Shown: positions 32,519 to 44,097, numbered from the stretch's first letter. The stretch: DNA of 64,000 nucleotides from a virus (IMGVR_UViG_3300021255_003058:52382-116381), one strand, 5' to 3'. Numbers and translations are program-made. The notes: generated from the sequence alone by a model not told the origin.

Positions 32519-33390
32519 AGTCTTATCTTTTTTGACATTTTTTTATTTGAGGTCTTTTGTTTATCATTTTCAGTGGAGTTGTATTCTTTTCAAGAATCTC
32601 AACAATTGAGCCATACTCATCAATAGAGACAATAGCACATTGAATACAATCTGAGAAATACTTATGTGCTACTTCTTTCGTATCAATAGGTATTGTAATA
32701 GGCTTGTCCAATTCGCCATTTGATGTTAGAGAGTAAATTTGATAACGCAGATTACTAGTCTTATTAATTGTTACCATAATTATTCCATTTTATTACCAAC
32801 AAATGCTTTCTTGATATGGATGTGGAAAAAACAGTGAATTATCAAATTCAAATGGATAATAACCACCACAAGCGCTTCTACTCATTTGCTCTTTTTTATA
32901 GTCTATAAGATATATAATCATTCCATAAATAGGAATATCATCTCCATCTACAAATATACGAATTTTATCTGCTCTTAATGTATTCCTATCATAAAGTTCA
33001 TCAAAGGTATCTTTATGTGAAGTTTCGGCTTCTTGCAGAATCATTTTAACATCACGCTTAATTGCAAATTGACAATCATAATGATTACCTAAATATTCAA
33101 ATCCATTGTTTTTTATTGGATATTCTTCTTTCTTAATTGTTGCCATAGTTATTCTTTCTTTAATTGTTCAACCAACTTTTCCAATTCCTTTTGTCTGCGT
33201 TCTTTGCAGAATCGGCAGTTGCCTTTGTGAGCAAGTCCATAAGTCCAAGAAATGTATTCACAAGAATCAATTAAACATGACTTAGGAGTATCAAAGCCAT
33301 CATCAAGTTTAATATGCCCGTTAGCATCAGTGTTTTTACACCCCACCATCATAAAGGTGATAAGTGTTAATAGAATAATCTTTTTCATAA

Positions 33391-33786
33391 TTACAACAGC
33401 TTTAAATTATGTAAACGTATAATCATTTCATAACAAGCATCAATAGGATCGTCATAAGATATTTCACATACATTACCATGCCCATATTCCACAAACTGTA
33501 ATATCCACTTACCTTCACTTGGAAATAAAATTGGAGTATATACCTGGGGCTTTATTTCACTTAGGTATTTAAGCAATGCAGCAAAACTCCAACATGGAAT
33601 GACATCAACTTCTTTGTTAACTAAAAGACCTTTATACTCTTCTTTCCATTCAAAATATGGGCGAAGAACTACATCATAAGGATCTTCTTCTATACACTTA
33701 AAACACATATCTGCACTTTCAATTGGTAGAAACTCAAAAAGAATCTTTGCCTGTTTTAAGTCTGTAAATGATTTAATTGTTATCAT
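33391..33786 (-). CDS. Hypothetical protein, PCWSLAALL family paralog 3
   Basis: TDLKQAKILFEFLPIESADM; IPCWSFAALL; PIDACYEMI. Confidence 0.75.
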   Translation of the reverse strand: MITIKSFTDLKQAKILFEFLPIESADMCFKCIEEDPYDVVLRPYFEWKEEYKGLLVNKEVDVIPCWSFAALLKYLSEIKPQVYTPILFPSEGKWILQFVEYGHGNVCEISYDDPIDACYEMIIRLHNLKLL

Positions 33787-34127
33787 AGTTATTTATATTT
33801 TTTATCTAAACAATATTTACCTTCAGACCTATCTAGACACTTATGCCAAAGTGTACAAAATTCTGAACAAATATGTTCCATAGAACTACTTGAACAAAGT
33901 ATTCTGCTATCTTTAATTTCTACAACAGTTACACAAGGTTTTATATATTTCTTAATTATTGTCATAATTATTTATTATTTAATGCGTTTTCATAACCTAT
34001 TCTATAACAATCCATATATTTTTCTAATGTTTTGCAATTATTGAGTCTATTTATGCCTTTACATTTACATCCCTCACATATATGGTTACATATTAGATTT
34101 TCAACTTCTTTCTGCATCATAGTTAAT

Positions 34128-34499
34128 TTAAATTAAGTTTTTAAGTGAATATTTTATCGCTGCTTCACAAGCTCGTTCATAAGATTCATATACCCATCCT
34201 TGATGATAAGTTTCATTAGTTTTTGCAACAGTTATCTCAATATCCCAAAGAAACTTTTCATTATCAAGTACACTACTAATGATTGGTACAATAGCAATAC
34301 CTTTTTCTTTCATTAACCAACGCATTGTCATTTGGAGCGTTGGAGCGGAATATGTATTTGTTTGTAATGAATTTCTGCCACTTAAAGATGGGCTGAACAT
34401 TAAATCGTTATTTTTATAATAATGATGACATGGTTCGTCAAATCCTTTTTCTTTTAACAGTTTTGCTGTTTCAAAACTAACATATGCTTCTTCAATCAT
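34128..34499 (-). CDS. Hypothetical phage protein
   Basis: YVSFETAKLLKEKGF...SAPT..YE.A.EAAI motif. Confidence 0.7.
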   Translation of the reverse strand: MIEEAYVSFETAKLLKEKGFDEPCHHYYKNNDLMFSPSLSGRNSLQTNTYSAPTLQMTMRWLMKEKGIAIVPIISSVLDNEKFLWDIEITVAKTNETYHQGWVYESYERACEAAIKYSLKNLI

Positions 34500-34623
34500 G
34501 CCTTTTATATAAGAATTATTTTTTCAGTTACTTTAATTACTAAATTCATAAATATCAAACCCTAATAGTTAAAATAATTAGTATTGAGTCAATCATATAT
34601 TTGACAATGCGTATAATTACTAA

Positions 34624-35247
34624 TTAAAGCTCATTACGACACATTCCTAAACTCATCATCTGATTATTGATAATTTGATCAACTTCTTTCCAAGATACTG
34701 GAGTAAAGTCATTATTATCAACACCCACATCATATTGAGAAGTAAATAGATATTTCATACGGGCTTTATCAAGACCTTCATCAGTGTAGGGAGATGTATG
34801 CACATGGCCAAATAATTGATATGATGCATCTACTCCACGCCATGCGCCAGAAAATGCAAGCATTGGATAATGGTTAAGAATGACGTGACGCTTACCAATC
34901 TTCATATTAATTTGCTGCGTCATCAATTCAAAACGCCACTTATGCTGATTTATAATTCTCCTCCAATCATGATTTCCGATAACAAGATAAATTGTTCCAT
35001 GAAGTTGCTCAAGAATCTGGTCAACTCTATCAGGATCACCAAATGCTACATCTCCAAGATGAAATACAATACCATCTTCTGGAACTTTCTCATTCCAACG
35101 ACGAATCAATTCAGAATCATTCTCTTCTACATCTTTGAAGGGCCGCTTACAATATTTAATAATATTCTCGTGAGAAAAGTGACTATCTGAAGTGAAATAA
35201 AATTTTTCTGCTTCTTTCTCTGTATAAATAAATTGCTTATTTTTCAT
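34624..35247 (-). CDS. Calcineurin-like phosphoesterase
   Basis: FTSDSHF.HENII, HLGD, GNHD, HYP, GHVH, DVGVD. Confidence 0.9.
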   Translation of the reverse strand: MKNKQFIYTEKEAEKFYFTSDSHFSHENIIKYCKRPFKDVEENDSELIRRWNEKVPEDGIVFHLGDVAFGDPDRVDQILEQLHGTIYLVIGNHDWRRIINQHKWRFELMTQQINMKIGKRHVILNHYPMLAFSGAWRGVDASYQLFGHVHTSPYTDEGLDKARMKYLFTSQYDVGVDNNDFTPVSWKEVDQIINNQMMSLGMCRNEL

Positions 35248-35554
35248 TATTCCATTAATTTATTATTTATATCTTGTGATTCTAAATATTGATGTAATTC
35301 AAATCCCGCATTTGCAAATTTATCCATTAATTCAAGTAATTTGTCTGGACACCAACCAACAGCAACATCTTGTAGCCATTTCATTTTTGTGAAATCAATA
35401 CCAAAACGTGAATATCTTTCAATTTCACCCCAATTAATATAATTATCTTCTTTTTGACATTGTACTAAATCTTTTTCTTTATATGTAGCTATTAGAAAAA
35501 GACATATAATTTCAAATTTTGTAAGTTTAGTTTGATCTATAAATTCTTTCATAA

Positions 35555-35830
35555 TTAAAATGTGTTTTCATCAATATCAACTGGAGTACCAACGGAAACC
35601 ATCTGAATCTTCTAGCTTAAATCATGACCAGTACGAGTGCAATATGACATTCGCTTGGTACAATTTGCAAGTGCTTTCTTAATTCCTTTGCCTTCCTTAC
35701 CAGTGTAAAACTTTGCAAACCAAATGTTTGAATTTGCTCTGATGAAAGTATCACCACCTGAATAGTAACCATAAAACTGTTTTGTTACCTTATCAGTTGC
35801 ACAAAGTACGTAAGCAATGTTATTCTCCAT
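35555..35830 (-). pseudogene. Small gene with in-frame TAG (35612-35614)
   Basis: Frame continues KIQMVSVGTPVDIDENTF to a TAA 2 nt before the next start. Confidence 0.45.
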
Positions 35831-35860
35831 ATTAATTATTTGTTTAATTTGATTACAAAT

Positions 35861-35924
35861 ATAATGAATGTTTTATGTTACCATCCATACATAAATAATA
35901 TAGAACATATCTTAAAAAATTAAA
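35861..35924 (-). promoter_or_regulatory. Phage promoter plus ATGTAT hairpin cassette (copy 5)
   Basis: TTTAAT-N15-CTATATT; ATGTATGGATG-gtaacataaaa-CATTCAT-TATATTTGTA, near identical to copy 1. Confidence 0.7.
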
Positions 35925-35929
35925 TAATA

Positions 35930-36253
35930 TTAAGATTTATTTTCTTCTTTTAATTTCTTAATATCTTCTTCATATTTTTTTAATAATGTTGTAAATCTTT
36001 CAGGTCTTGTTGGATTTACAAGTTTAGGAGCAATTGAAAATTTTAATGTTGTAATATCCCATCCTCGTCTTTCAAATTCTTTTTTTACATCATCAGTAAA
36101 AACATTTGAAAATATCCAACTCCCATCACAACTTCCTTGACACATCATTGATCATGATACAACTAAATCATAATTATGTTTGTCATCTTGATCATGACCC
36201 CAATAAACACGAAGTTTATCTTTGTTTTTAATCTTTAGAATCTTTTGTCGCAT
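35930..36253 (-). pseudogene. Small gene with in-frame TGA (36152-36154)
   Basis: MRQKILKIKNKDKLRVYWG...DLVVS*SMMCQGSC in one frame. Confidence 0.5.
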
Positions 36254-36785
36254 TTGATTTTTGATATTTACGTTTATCTAATAATTCATTAATATCAAAA
36301 CCATCAGGAAGATGATAATCAATAATTCTTGTCATATCTATTAAATATTCAATAGATATTTTCATAGTTTCAGATATGTTTTCTGAATTATCGTAAAGAT
36401 ACTTTAATACTTTTTCGTTATTTAAATTTTTAAGCATAGTAGCCATATTGTAAATGGGCTAACCATATTTCTTACTCTTTCTTCAATTCTTTCCACCATA
36501 ATTCAATTTAAGTCTTACCAAGATATAGTTGTATCATCAGCAGGATCCCACTGGACTCCAGAGAAATGTGATATCTTAAATCCCTTTTCTTTAAGAAATT
36601 CTGAAGTTGCTTTCATTAATGTTTTGTTTGAAACTGTTATTGAATGTTTACCTTCAAATCTAGCATTATTAATCAGATTATAAATCCAATTTAATTCATT
36701 TTTCATCTTTTCTGAATTAATTTCATCAGAAATTTGTCGAGCCTCTTCAGCTGTAAAATACTTTTGTTCGTTTTCTATTTTCATA

Positions 36786-37211
36786 TCAATATTTTATGTT
36801 TAAATGTTCATTATAAGCATCCCAGTTTTTATCGTCAAGACAATTTTGAATAACTGCTTCATATGTTGTACCATCAATATCTAAACTGCCACCTTGCCAC
36901 CATCCAGTTGTATTAAACGAAAACCAACCACCATTATTATCTCTGGCAAAATATATATCATGTTCATCATATTTTGGAATTGAACATCGTACTATGACAT
37001 CAATTTTTGGGCTAAAGATCCACTTTTTATGTTTTTTCTCTTTAGCCCATAACTTTATTAATTCACATTTTACATGATTATCGTCAGTAATCAATATATG
37101 ACTTGCAGCATCAAGTGAAATAATCTCTTCACATTTTGCAATATAATGGCGGTTGACGCCACATTTACCGTCATCCCAGAAATGATAATATTTTCCTACT
37201 TCAGGTATCAT
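36786..37211 (-). CDS. Hypothetical protein
   Basis: 141-aa ORF. Confidence 0.7.
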   Translation of the reverse strand: MIPEVGKYYHFWDDGKCGVNRHYIAKCEEIISLDAASHILITDDNHVKCELIKLWAKEKKHKKWIFSPKIDVIVRCSIPKYDEHDIYFARDNNGGWFSFNTTGWWQGGSLDIDGTTYEAVIQNCLDDKNWDAYNEHLNIKY

Positions 37212-38946
37212 AGTGGTTTCTTTCTCTTTGGTAATTGTGATTCTTGTTCTTCCTCTTTTTCTTTTGCTAAATTAAAATCTTGCATATACCACACAAGAGA
37301 TTCTACAAGGTCTGTATCATCAAAAATATCAAACCAAGTATTCTTATTCCAATTAATCAATTGGTTTCTCTTATAAAAGTATTCATTGAAACTTTTCTGA
37401 AGATAATTGATGCACTTTGTACGAGTGAAGAATCTTGTAACAAATCCATCAAAGCAATCTTCAGCAGATAGCACTTCAAGTATTTGACGTGCCATTGTTC
37501 TTGCAATTTGCATTTTCTTATCTTTATTCATATAAATAGATATTAATATATTTGTAATATAGAAAAGTGCCAGTAATATATAAATTACCGGCATTTCCAT
37601 TAACATTATTTAAATTATTTCTCTTCAGGTTTATCTTTCAAATACTCTCTAATTTTTCCAATATACAAATCTAATGCTTTCTTGTTAAATTCGTGGCATT
37701 TCTGCATTGAATATAACATATTGCACCAAGATTTATATTTATCTTCCTCATCAGAATTGAATTGGACATAACTCAAAGCAGGACCATGATATGTGACATA
37801 ATTATAATCTTCAGTATATCTTATAATATATGTCCAAAGTTTGCCATCAACTGAGTATTGTAAATTACCATCTTTGTCTAATCGATGTTGAACTGGCCAG
37901 CATTTCTCATATTTATATTTGAAATTCTTATAATTTTTGAATATTTGTACTCCTAATATTCCAAGCATTATTCCAATTACTATAAAAAGTACAATTAAAT
38001 ATGCATTCATCTTATATTAATTTTATTAATTAAAAAATATTAAATTATGTTCATAACTTTTGTTTGATTTAATATTTCTCCACAACCATAACAATGATAA
38101 TAATCTTTGTCATATAAAATACAAAATTGACCAGGAGCAGCAGTTACAGGTATATCTGAAACTATCTTAACATCATAATCTGACCCATAAAAATATATCT
38201 TACCAGTGTACTTCTCAGGAGAATGACGAACCTTAAATGTTACATTACAAATAAAATTAGGTAATTATATATTTGTTGTCACAAATTTAGTTTAGATAAT
38301 TAATCTGGATATTCTGTGCAACCATGCAAATCATCGCAAACAGCACCAGCATCATACAGATAACAATAACCTCTGATTATTGGTTCTTTTACTCTTTCCG
38401 GTATACCTTTTGGAAAACATTTGACAAACGTATCATAAAGTTCTTTGTCAGTAATGTTACTTAAAAATTCTTTATCTGTCATATCTTTATTTTTGTTTAT
38501 TATATTTTAATCAAAATTCACTGAATTACCAATACTACGAACAACTTCTTTGATTGTCGGAATAAAATTACCTTCATTATAAATTCGTTTTGCAATCTGC
38601 TTAACATATTCAACGTCGGTTGAAAGAGATGCATTATTGATATCGCGAGCATAATCTGTGCAATCCCAGCCAGCGCCGTAAACAACATCTCCAATGTTCA
38701 AACCAAATGAATTATCTTCATTAATACATTCCAACGAAATCAAATATAAGTTCTTAAACATATTTATTATTTTTATTAAATACAATTATAATATAGTAAA
38801 ATATAAATAATATTCAAAAATTATTAAATAAAATCAAAATATTTTAATGTATAAGATAATATATAAATAGTAATGTAATATTAGTATGCTTAAATATTAA
38901 TAGATTATTTTTAATTATATAAAATTTATACAATACTTTATATAAT

Positions 38947-39909
38947 ATGAAATACCTTAGAAATTTAAATAATCATAATGATTATATTGCATTTATTGAG
39001 AGTACAGATTTTGCTGAAATACATGCAGAAAAAAATGCAGTGGTTAGTTATTGTAAAACGGAAGAACATGTTCATTATAATCCTTATATTCCACCATTAC
39101 CACAATTTTTAGATATTCTTTATTCAGATACAAATGGCAACTTAAGTTTTACATCAGAAGTACTTCCTGCATCAGAAGGTAAGACTCCTATTGGGCTTTG
39201 TGTTGTATCAACTGGATTCTTTGGTACTAATGAGAAAGCGCGTTGGATGTCACTTAAATATATGTACTGTGAAACTCCTGAAGCGGGCTCATTAACATTT
39301 CAAAATATGATGTGGGGTAATCATGGTACTGATATAAATACCATAGACAACATACAGACTGCATATAATGGAGGAGATATGTGGGGTTGTTTAACTGCTG
39401 ATTGGATAACAAATACATCTAGTAAGATTCCATCATTGTTTGATGCTAATGGTAACTGGAACTTAACTGAACTTGGAGATGTCAATCGATTTACTGCAAC
39501 AGATATAGATGGTAAGAACAAGACCGAAAAGATACTTGCAACTGCAACAGCACAATCTGATTGGATGACAGCTACAGCAATTACGAATAATAGTGGTGCA
39601 GGTTATGCACCAGCTGCTTGTTGTTGCGCAAGATATCATACATTAGGTACACAGTCAGGAGATTGGTATCTTGGTGCAGCAGGTGAAATGAGTATGATAA
39701 TTGTACAAAAACAACAAATTAATGCTAAGTTAACAGAGATAGCTAATGTATATGCTAATGATTGTATTCGTACGTTTGGTAATAATTACTATCAGACTTC
39801 TACTGAATATAATACGACTGACATATACAGGGCCAATGCTCAGCGTGGTAGTCTCGACAACACAGGCAAGAATGGCAATATGGGTGTTATTGCTATGCTT
39901 AGATATTAA
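38947..39909 (+). CDS. CLec-fold putative receptor-binding protein, paralog of the DGR target
   Basis: Shares RWMSLKYMY, Y.TLGT..GDWYL...GE, L.EI..VY..DC with 50432-51673. Confidence 0.8.
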   Translation: MKYLRNLNNHNDYIAFIESTDFAEIHAEKNAVVSYCKTEEHVHYNPYIPPLPQFLDILYSDTNGNLSFTSEVLPASEGKTPIGLCVVSTGFFGTNEKARWMSLKYMYCETPEAGSLTFQNMMWGNHGTDINTIDNIQTAYNGGDMWGCLTADWITNTSSKIPSLFDANGNWNLTELGDVNRFTATDIDGKNKTEKILATATAQSDWMTATAITNNSGAGYAPAACCCARYHTLGTQSGDWYLGAAGEMSMIIVQKQQINAKLTEIANVYANDCIRTFGNNYYQTSTEYNTTDIYRANAQRGSLDNTGKNGNMGVIAMLRY

Positions 39910-39944
39910 TAGATTAAAAATACTTTATAAACTTTTAAACTTTA

Positions 39945-39979
39945 ATGTTCTACCTCTTGTTAATATAGAGGTAGAACAT
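39945..39979. terminator. Hairpin between convergent genes
   Basis: ATGTTCTACCTCT-loop-AGAGGTAGAACAT 13-bp stem. Confidence 0.7.
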
Positions 39980-40004
39980 ATAGTATATAAAGATAAAGTT
40001 AATT

Positions 40005-41216
40005 TTATCCTATTTGATTTTTAACATATTCTAAATCAACTGTTAACTCTTTAATATTTTGAGATGGTGCATCAAACATTGCTTTTGTCATTATATTTTC
40101 CATTGTTCCTCTAAGACCACGAGCACCAAGTTTGTTTTCTATTGTCTTATCAACAATATAATCTAAAGCTTCATCAGTAAAATTAAGTTCAACATTGTCC
40201 AATTCAAATATTCTCTTATATTGTTTTATTAAAGCATTCTTTGGTTCTTTTAATATTTTCAATAATGCTTCCTTGTCTAATTCATCTGTATATGTTATGA
40301 TTGGAAGACGTCCAATAATTTCTGGTATCAAGCCAAATGCTTTTAAGTCAAGTGGAGTCAGTTTTGACATAAATTCTTCATCTTTTGTATTTCCTTCAAC
40401 TTGTCTTTTTTCTACTGCATTAAATCCTACTGTATGCTGATTGCATCTTTGCGCTATTTTTTTCTCAATACCAACAAATGCTCCACCACATATAAATAAT
40501 ATGTTCTTTGTATCAATTTTTACTAATGGTGTATCTGGATGTTTTCGGCCACCTTTTGGTGGAATTGACACAATTGAGCCTTCAAGCAACTTTAAAAGAC
40601 CTTGTTGTACACCTTCACCACTTACGTCTCTTGTGATTGATGCGTTATCTCCTTTACGAGCAATCTTATCTATTTCATCAATAAATACAATTCCGCGTTC
40701 AGTCTTTTCAACATCATAGTCTGCAGCTTGATAAAGATTAACCAACACAGATTCTACATCTTCTCCAACATAGCCTGCCTGAGTCAATACTGTAGCATCT
40801 GCTATTGTACATGGAACATTAAGAAGCTTTGCAACAGTCTTTGCAATTAATGTATTATGTGATAATATATCATTTGTATAATATCTATGATTCGAATTTT
40901 CACTTAATTCAAAATCATACATATTTTCATAATCATCAAATATAACAATATCAACTACTTTTTCAACGCCATTAATTGTTTGTATAAAATTAGGTTTATC
41001 TTTAACAAATACTTCATTCATGTTTTCATCAAATACAATGTGAGTATCTGCACATTCTAACGTTAAACCTGATTCTGTTTCAATTTTATATTTATTATAT
41101 GGAATTGTTTCGTTCAATGAAACAATATCTACCCACCCAGTATCTGTTTCTATTTCAAAATTTTCAATATTCCAAGTATTAATAAATTTTCTATTTACTT
41201 GTTCTGATTTATTCAT
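40005..41216 (-). CDS. clpX: Split intein C-fragment (121 aa) fused to ClpX C-terminal part
   Basis: Intein ends [10 protein letters not shown] then [64 protein letters not shown]. Confidence 0.95.
   Translation of the reverse strand: MNKSEQVNRKFINTWNIENFEIETDTGWVDIVSLNETIPYNKYKIETESGLTLECADTHIVFDENMNEVFVKDKPNFIQTINGVEKVVDIVIFDDYENMYDFELSENSNHRYYTNDILSHNTLIAKTVAKLLNVPCTIADATVLTQAGYVGEDVESVLVNLYQAADYDVEKTERGIVFIDEIDKIARKGDNASITRDVSGEGVQQGLLKLLEGSIVSIPPKGGRKHPDTPLVKIDTKNILFICGGAFVGIEKKIAQRCNQHTVGFNAVEKRQVEGNTKDEEFMSKLTPLDLKAFGLIPEIIGRLPIITYTDELDKEALLKILKEPKNALIKQYKRIFELDNVELNFTDEALDYIVDKTIENKLGARGLRGTMENIMTKAMFDAPSQNIKELTVDLEYVKNQIG
40854..41216 (-). mobile_element. Atypical split intein IntC
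   Basis: Block B LECADTH, block F MYDF, block G SHN followed by +1 Thr. Confidence 0.9.
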
Positions 41217-41232
41217 AATTTAAATAAACATT

Positions 41233-41703
41233 TTAATCTTTGGTTGAACTGGTAATTAACATATTTTTTAAATTATTTATTGTATCATAATAGATTTCAC
41301 CAGTTTTCTTATTACGGACTTTTACTTTTGTATCACCAGATATGCATTTTCCTGTACCTGTTGGACCAACTATACATATATTAGATTTTTCAATTTCAAC
41401 ATCATTAACGATAGGAGTTGATATTCTCTTATAGTGATTATATACTGCAACAGCAACACGTTCTTTAACTCTATCTTGTCCAATAATATATTGGTCAAGG
41501 AACTCTTTTATTTCATGAGGCTTAGGAATTCCTGACATCAAATTCTTATTTACTTTCTCATTTTGCTCTTTTATTATATTATACGCATGATTTACACAAT
41601 CTGAGCATATCCATCCAAAATTTCCTTCCATTAATAATGGAACCATACTTTGTGGTCTTCCACAGCACATACAAATTTTTTCTTGGTTATTATTTTCTTC
41701 CAT
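41233..41703 (-). CDS. clpX: ClpX N-terminal part fused to split intein N-fragment (37 aa)
   Basis: C4 zinc finger CMCC..ICSDC, PKPHEIKEFLDQYIIGQ, AVYNHYKR, EKSNI, GPTGTGK then CISGDTKV; likely start MEENN at 41703. Confidence 0.93.
   Translation of the reverse strand: MEENNNQEKICMCCGRPQSMVPLLMEGNFGWICSDCVNHAYNIIKEQNEKVNKNLMSGIPKPHEIKEFLDQYIIGQDRVKERVAVAVYNHYKRISTPIVNDVEIEKSNICIVGPTGTGKCISGDTKVKVRNKKTGEIYYDTINNLKNMLITSSTKD
41236..41346 (-). mobile_element. Atypical split intein IntN
   Basis: Block A CISGDTKVKV immediately after Walker A lysine, stop after 37 aa. Confidence 0.88.
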
Positions 41704-41981
41704 TGATTTATTATTTTTGAAATATAATATAATATAGTTTAAACACATTAAAATTTTATGGAATACATTAAAGAATATTCGTTAGATAAATTATATCAAA
41801 AAATATTTGGAAAGAATGTTCATTTTATATCTGACTGTGAATTCTTTCCAAATTTTAATGTAGTCATAAAAATAAATGATATATCAATTAATCATAATGA
41901 GATATTAATTAAAGGGTATACAAAAAATAAAAAGAACTTGACTATTGGTAGTAATATGAAAAATTTACAGTTTGAAGTTCT

Positions 41982-42455
41982 TTAAGATTTGTTTTTCCAA
42001 AAATCTATTACATTCATAAATGATTTTTTGTTTTCTTCATTTAATGCACAATATTTTGCAACAACATTTGATATGATAGTCATAATCAAATTTGCATACC
42101 CATTTTCATCTTTTCCAATGCAAGCATTATCCATAAGATTAATCAATCTAGAAATTCTTTCATTATTATCTGTTTTTTCTGTTGGATTTGAATAATAAAT
42201 AATCTCCTTTGTTTTTGGATCACATGCAATTGTTATAAAATCAATATTATCTTTTATGATATCATTATTATAAGTCAAATAAATTTCAGTCATAAAAGCT
42301 TTTAACTCATCTGACTCTGTATCTTTAGTAATTTCTTTACATTTATTAACTAATTCAGTATCTACTGGACGCATCAAATTAGTTACTGTATCAATAATCT
42401 TATGTGTTTCTTTGTCAACATATATTGGCCAAAGAGCTGTTTTACTGTTCTCCAT
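41982..42455 (-). CDS. Hypothetical protein
   Basis: 157-aa ORF. Confidence 0.65.
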   Translation of the reverse strand: MENSKTALWPIYVDKETHKIIDTVTNLMRPVDTELVNKCKEITKDTESDELKAFMTEIYLTYNNDIIKDNIDFITIACDPKTKEIIYYSNPTEKTDNNERISRLINLMDNACIGKDENGYANLIMTIISNVVAKYCALNEENKKSFMNVIDFWKNKS

Positions 42456-42744
42456 TTATCTTTTTATATATATAATCAATTATTTTTCCTAAAGTTATAT
42501 TAGAATCAATTATAGTGTCATCTATTTGAAAATTATGTCCTATATAAGAAGATATTTTATATTCAACATTTAATATAAATTCCATCATATCAAGAGAATC
42601 CATTTTAAATTCTTGATAAATTAGCTGGTTCTCTCCATCAAAAGACTTATCAAGAATTAATTTATTGAAATCTTCATCAGTATAAAACTGATTTCTAATG
42701 CAATCATATACAATATTTTTAATATTATTACGACTTATATTCAT
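42442..42744 (-). CDS. Acyl carrier protein-like
   Basis: MDSLDMMEFILNVE (phosphopantetheine Ser motif) and TLGKIIDYI; likely start at internal ATG 42744. Confidence 0.7.
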   Translation of the reverse strand: MNISRNNIKNIVYDCIRNQFYTDEDFNKLILDKSFDGENQLIYQEFKMDSLDMMEFILNVEYKISSYIGHNFQIDDTIIDSNITLGKIIDYIYKKINGEQ

Positions 42745-42957
42745 ATTAAAATTTATTAAATTATTATACTTGGAATAAATATAGATTAAATCTCTTCTAA
42801 TATAGTAAATCTTTCCTCTATCATCATTACTAATCATTTTAATATAAATTATTTATAATGAAATATACATAGTGCTAGAGGAAAGATTTTAACATGTAAT
42901 AATATGATTGAACATACTGTTAATACACAAGTATTATTATAAATGTGTATTTTATAA

Positions 42958-44097
42958 TTAAAAACCTATTTTCTTATTTTGTTTCTTTGAAAAATCATTT
43001 TCATCTTCAATATTATATATCTCTGCTAATGACATATCTTTATCGACATTATATCCTAATATATTTGTTGCTTTTTGTTTTGAAAGTTTTTTGAATTCAT
43101 ATTTTAATGAAAGCCTTCCTTTACGTAATAATGCATTATCAATTGTATTTAATGAAGTATTAAATGTGCATATTAATTTTATTCCTAAAACATCTGCTAT
43201 TACTCCATCTGTAATATTTAATAATACTGGCATAACTGGATTATATCCTTGGTTTCTATCTTGTAATGCTTTCTCACAGTCTTCCAATATAAATACTGTA
43301 TTTTGATTATCAAGAAAATAAGACATCAATTTATCTTGAGCAGCATTTGCTAATATTGTACCATCCATAAATACAAATGATACTGTTTTAAATTTTGATA
43401 TAAGATGTTTAATCAATGATGTCTTACCTGTACCTGGTTCTCCATAGAAGAATAATAATTCTGCCTTGTCTTCAGATTCCATTAACTTACAAATTTTTTC
43501 ATAAGGGAAGTCATCATTATAATTCTTTTCGACATCAATTTTTTTATCTTCATAATCATACCAAGATGTATAAATATTATTTGATGCATCAATTGCTGCA
43601 ATGCCAAATTCTATTTTGTCTTTCTTTGTAGATTGAACACAATTCTTTTTGAGCATTTCCATAATTGGTTCAATATCTTCAGCTTGACAAAATACTTCCT
43701 CATAAAAATCTGCCATTTCGGCATCTTGTGATAATGTTATATTCATTAAAAAATTATGGGGAAACTTACGAGAATCTCCATAATGTAAATACATTGAAGA
43801 CCCTCCTAATACAAGATATTCATGAGGTGAATAACAAAATATTTCTAATTCATAACGTTCTTGTTGTTTCTTTAAGTTTTGTAAAAGAACGCGACAGTCA
43901 ATTTTATATTTCATCTCTTTACGAATTTCAAAAAATAATTCTGATGAATGCTGATAATGCAATTCACCATCATTCCCATAATATATTCTATAACATTGTG
44001 GGAGCTGATGATATATAGACATATACATAGCTCCCAGATAATCGTCAGTATGTGAATTAAAATTCTTAAATAATTGGATAATATCTGATGTTGTCAT
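42958..44097 (-). CDS. AAA+ ATPase
   Basis: YGEPGTGKT, ILEDCE, LLNITDG, IDNALLRKGRL, C-terminal IGF. Confidence 0.9.
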   Translation of the reverse strand: MTTSDIIQLFKNFNSHTDDYLGAMYMSIYHQLPQCYRIYYGNDGELHYQHSSELFFEIRKEMKYKIDCRVLLQNLKKQQERYELEIFCYSPHEYLVLGGSSMYLHYGDSRKFPHNFLMNITLSQDAEMADFYEEVFCQAEDIEPIMEMLKKNCVQSTKKDKIEFGIAAIDASNNIYTSWYDYEDKKIDVEKNYNDDFPYEKICKLMESEDKAELLFFYGEPGTGKTSLIKHLISKFKTVSFVFMDGTILANAAQDKLMSYFLDNQNTVFILEDCEKALQDRNQGYNPVMPVLLNITDGVIADVLGIKLICTFNTSLNTIDNALLRKGRLSLKYEFKKLSKQKATNILGYNVDKDMSLAEIYNIEDENDFSKKQNKKIGF

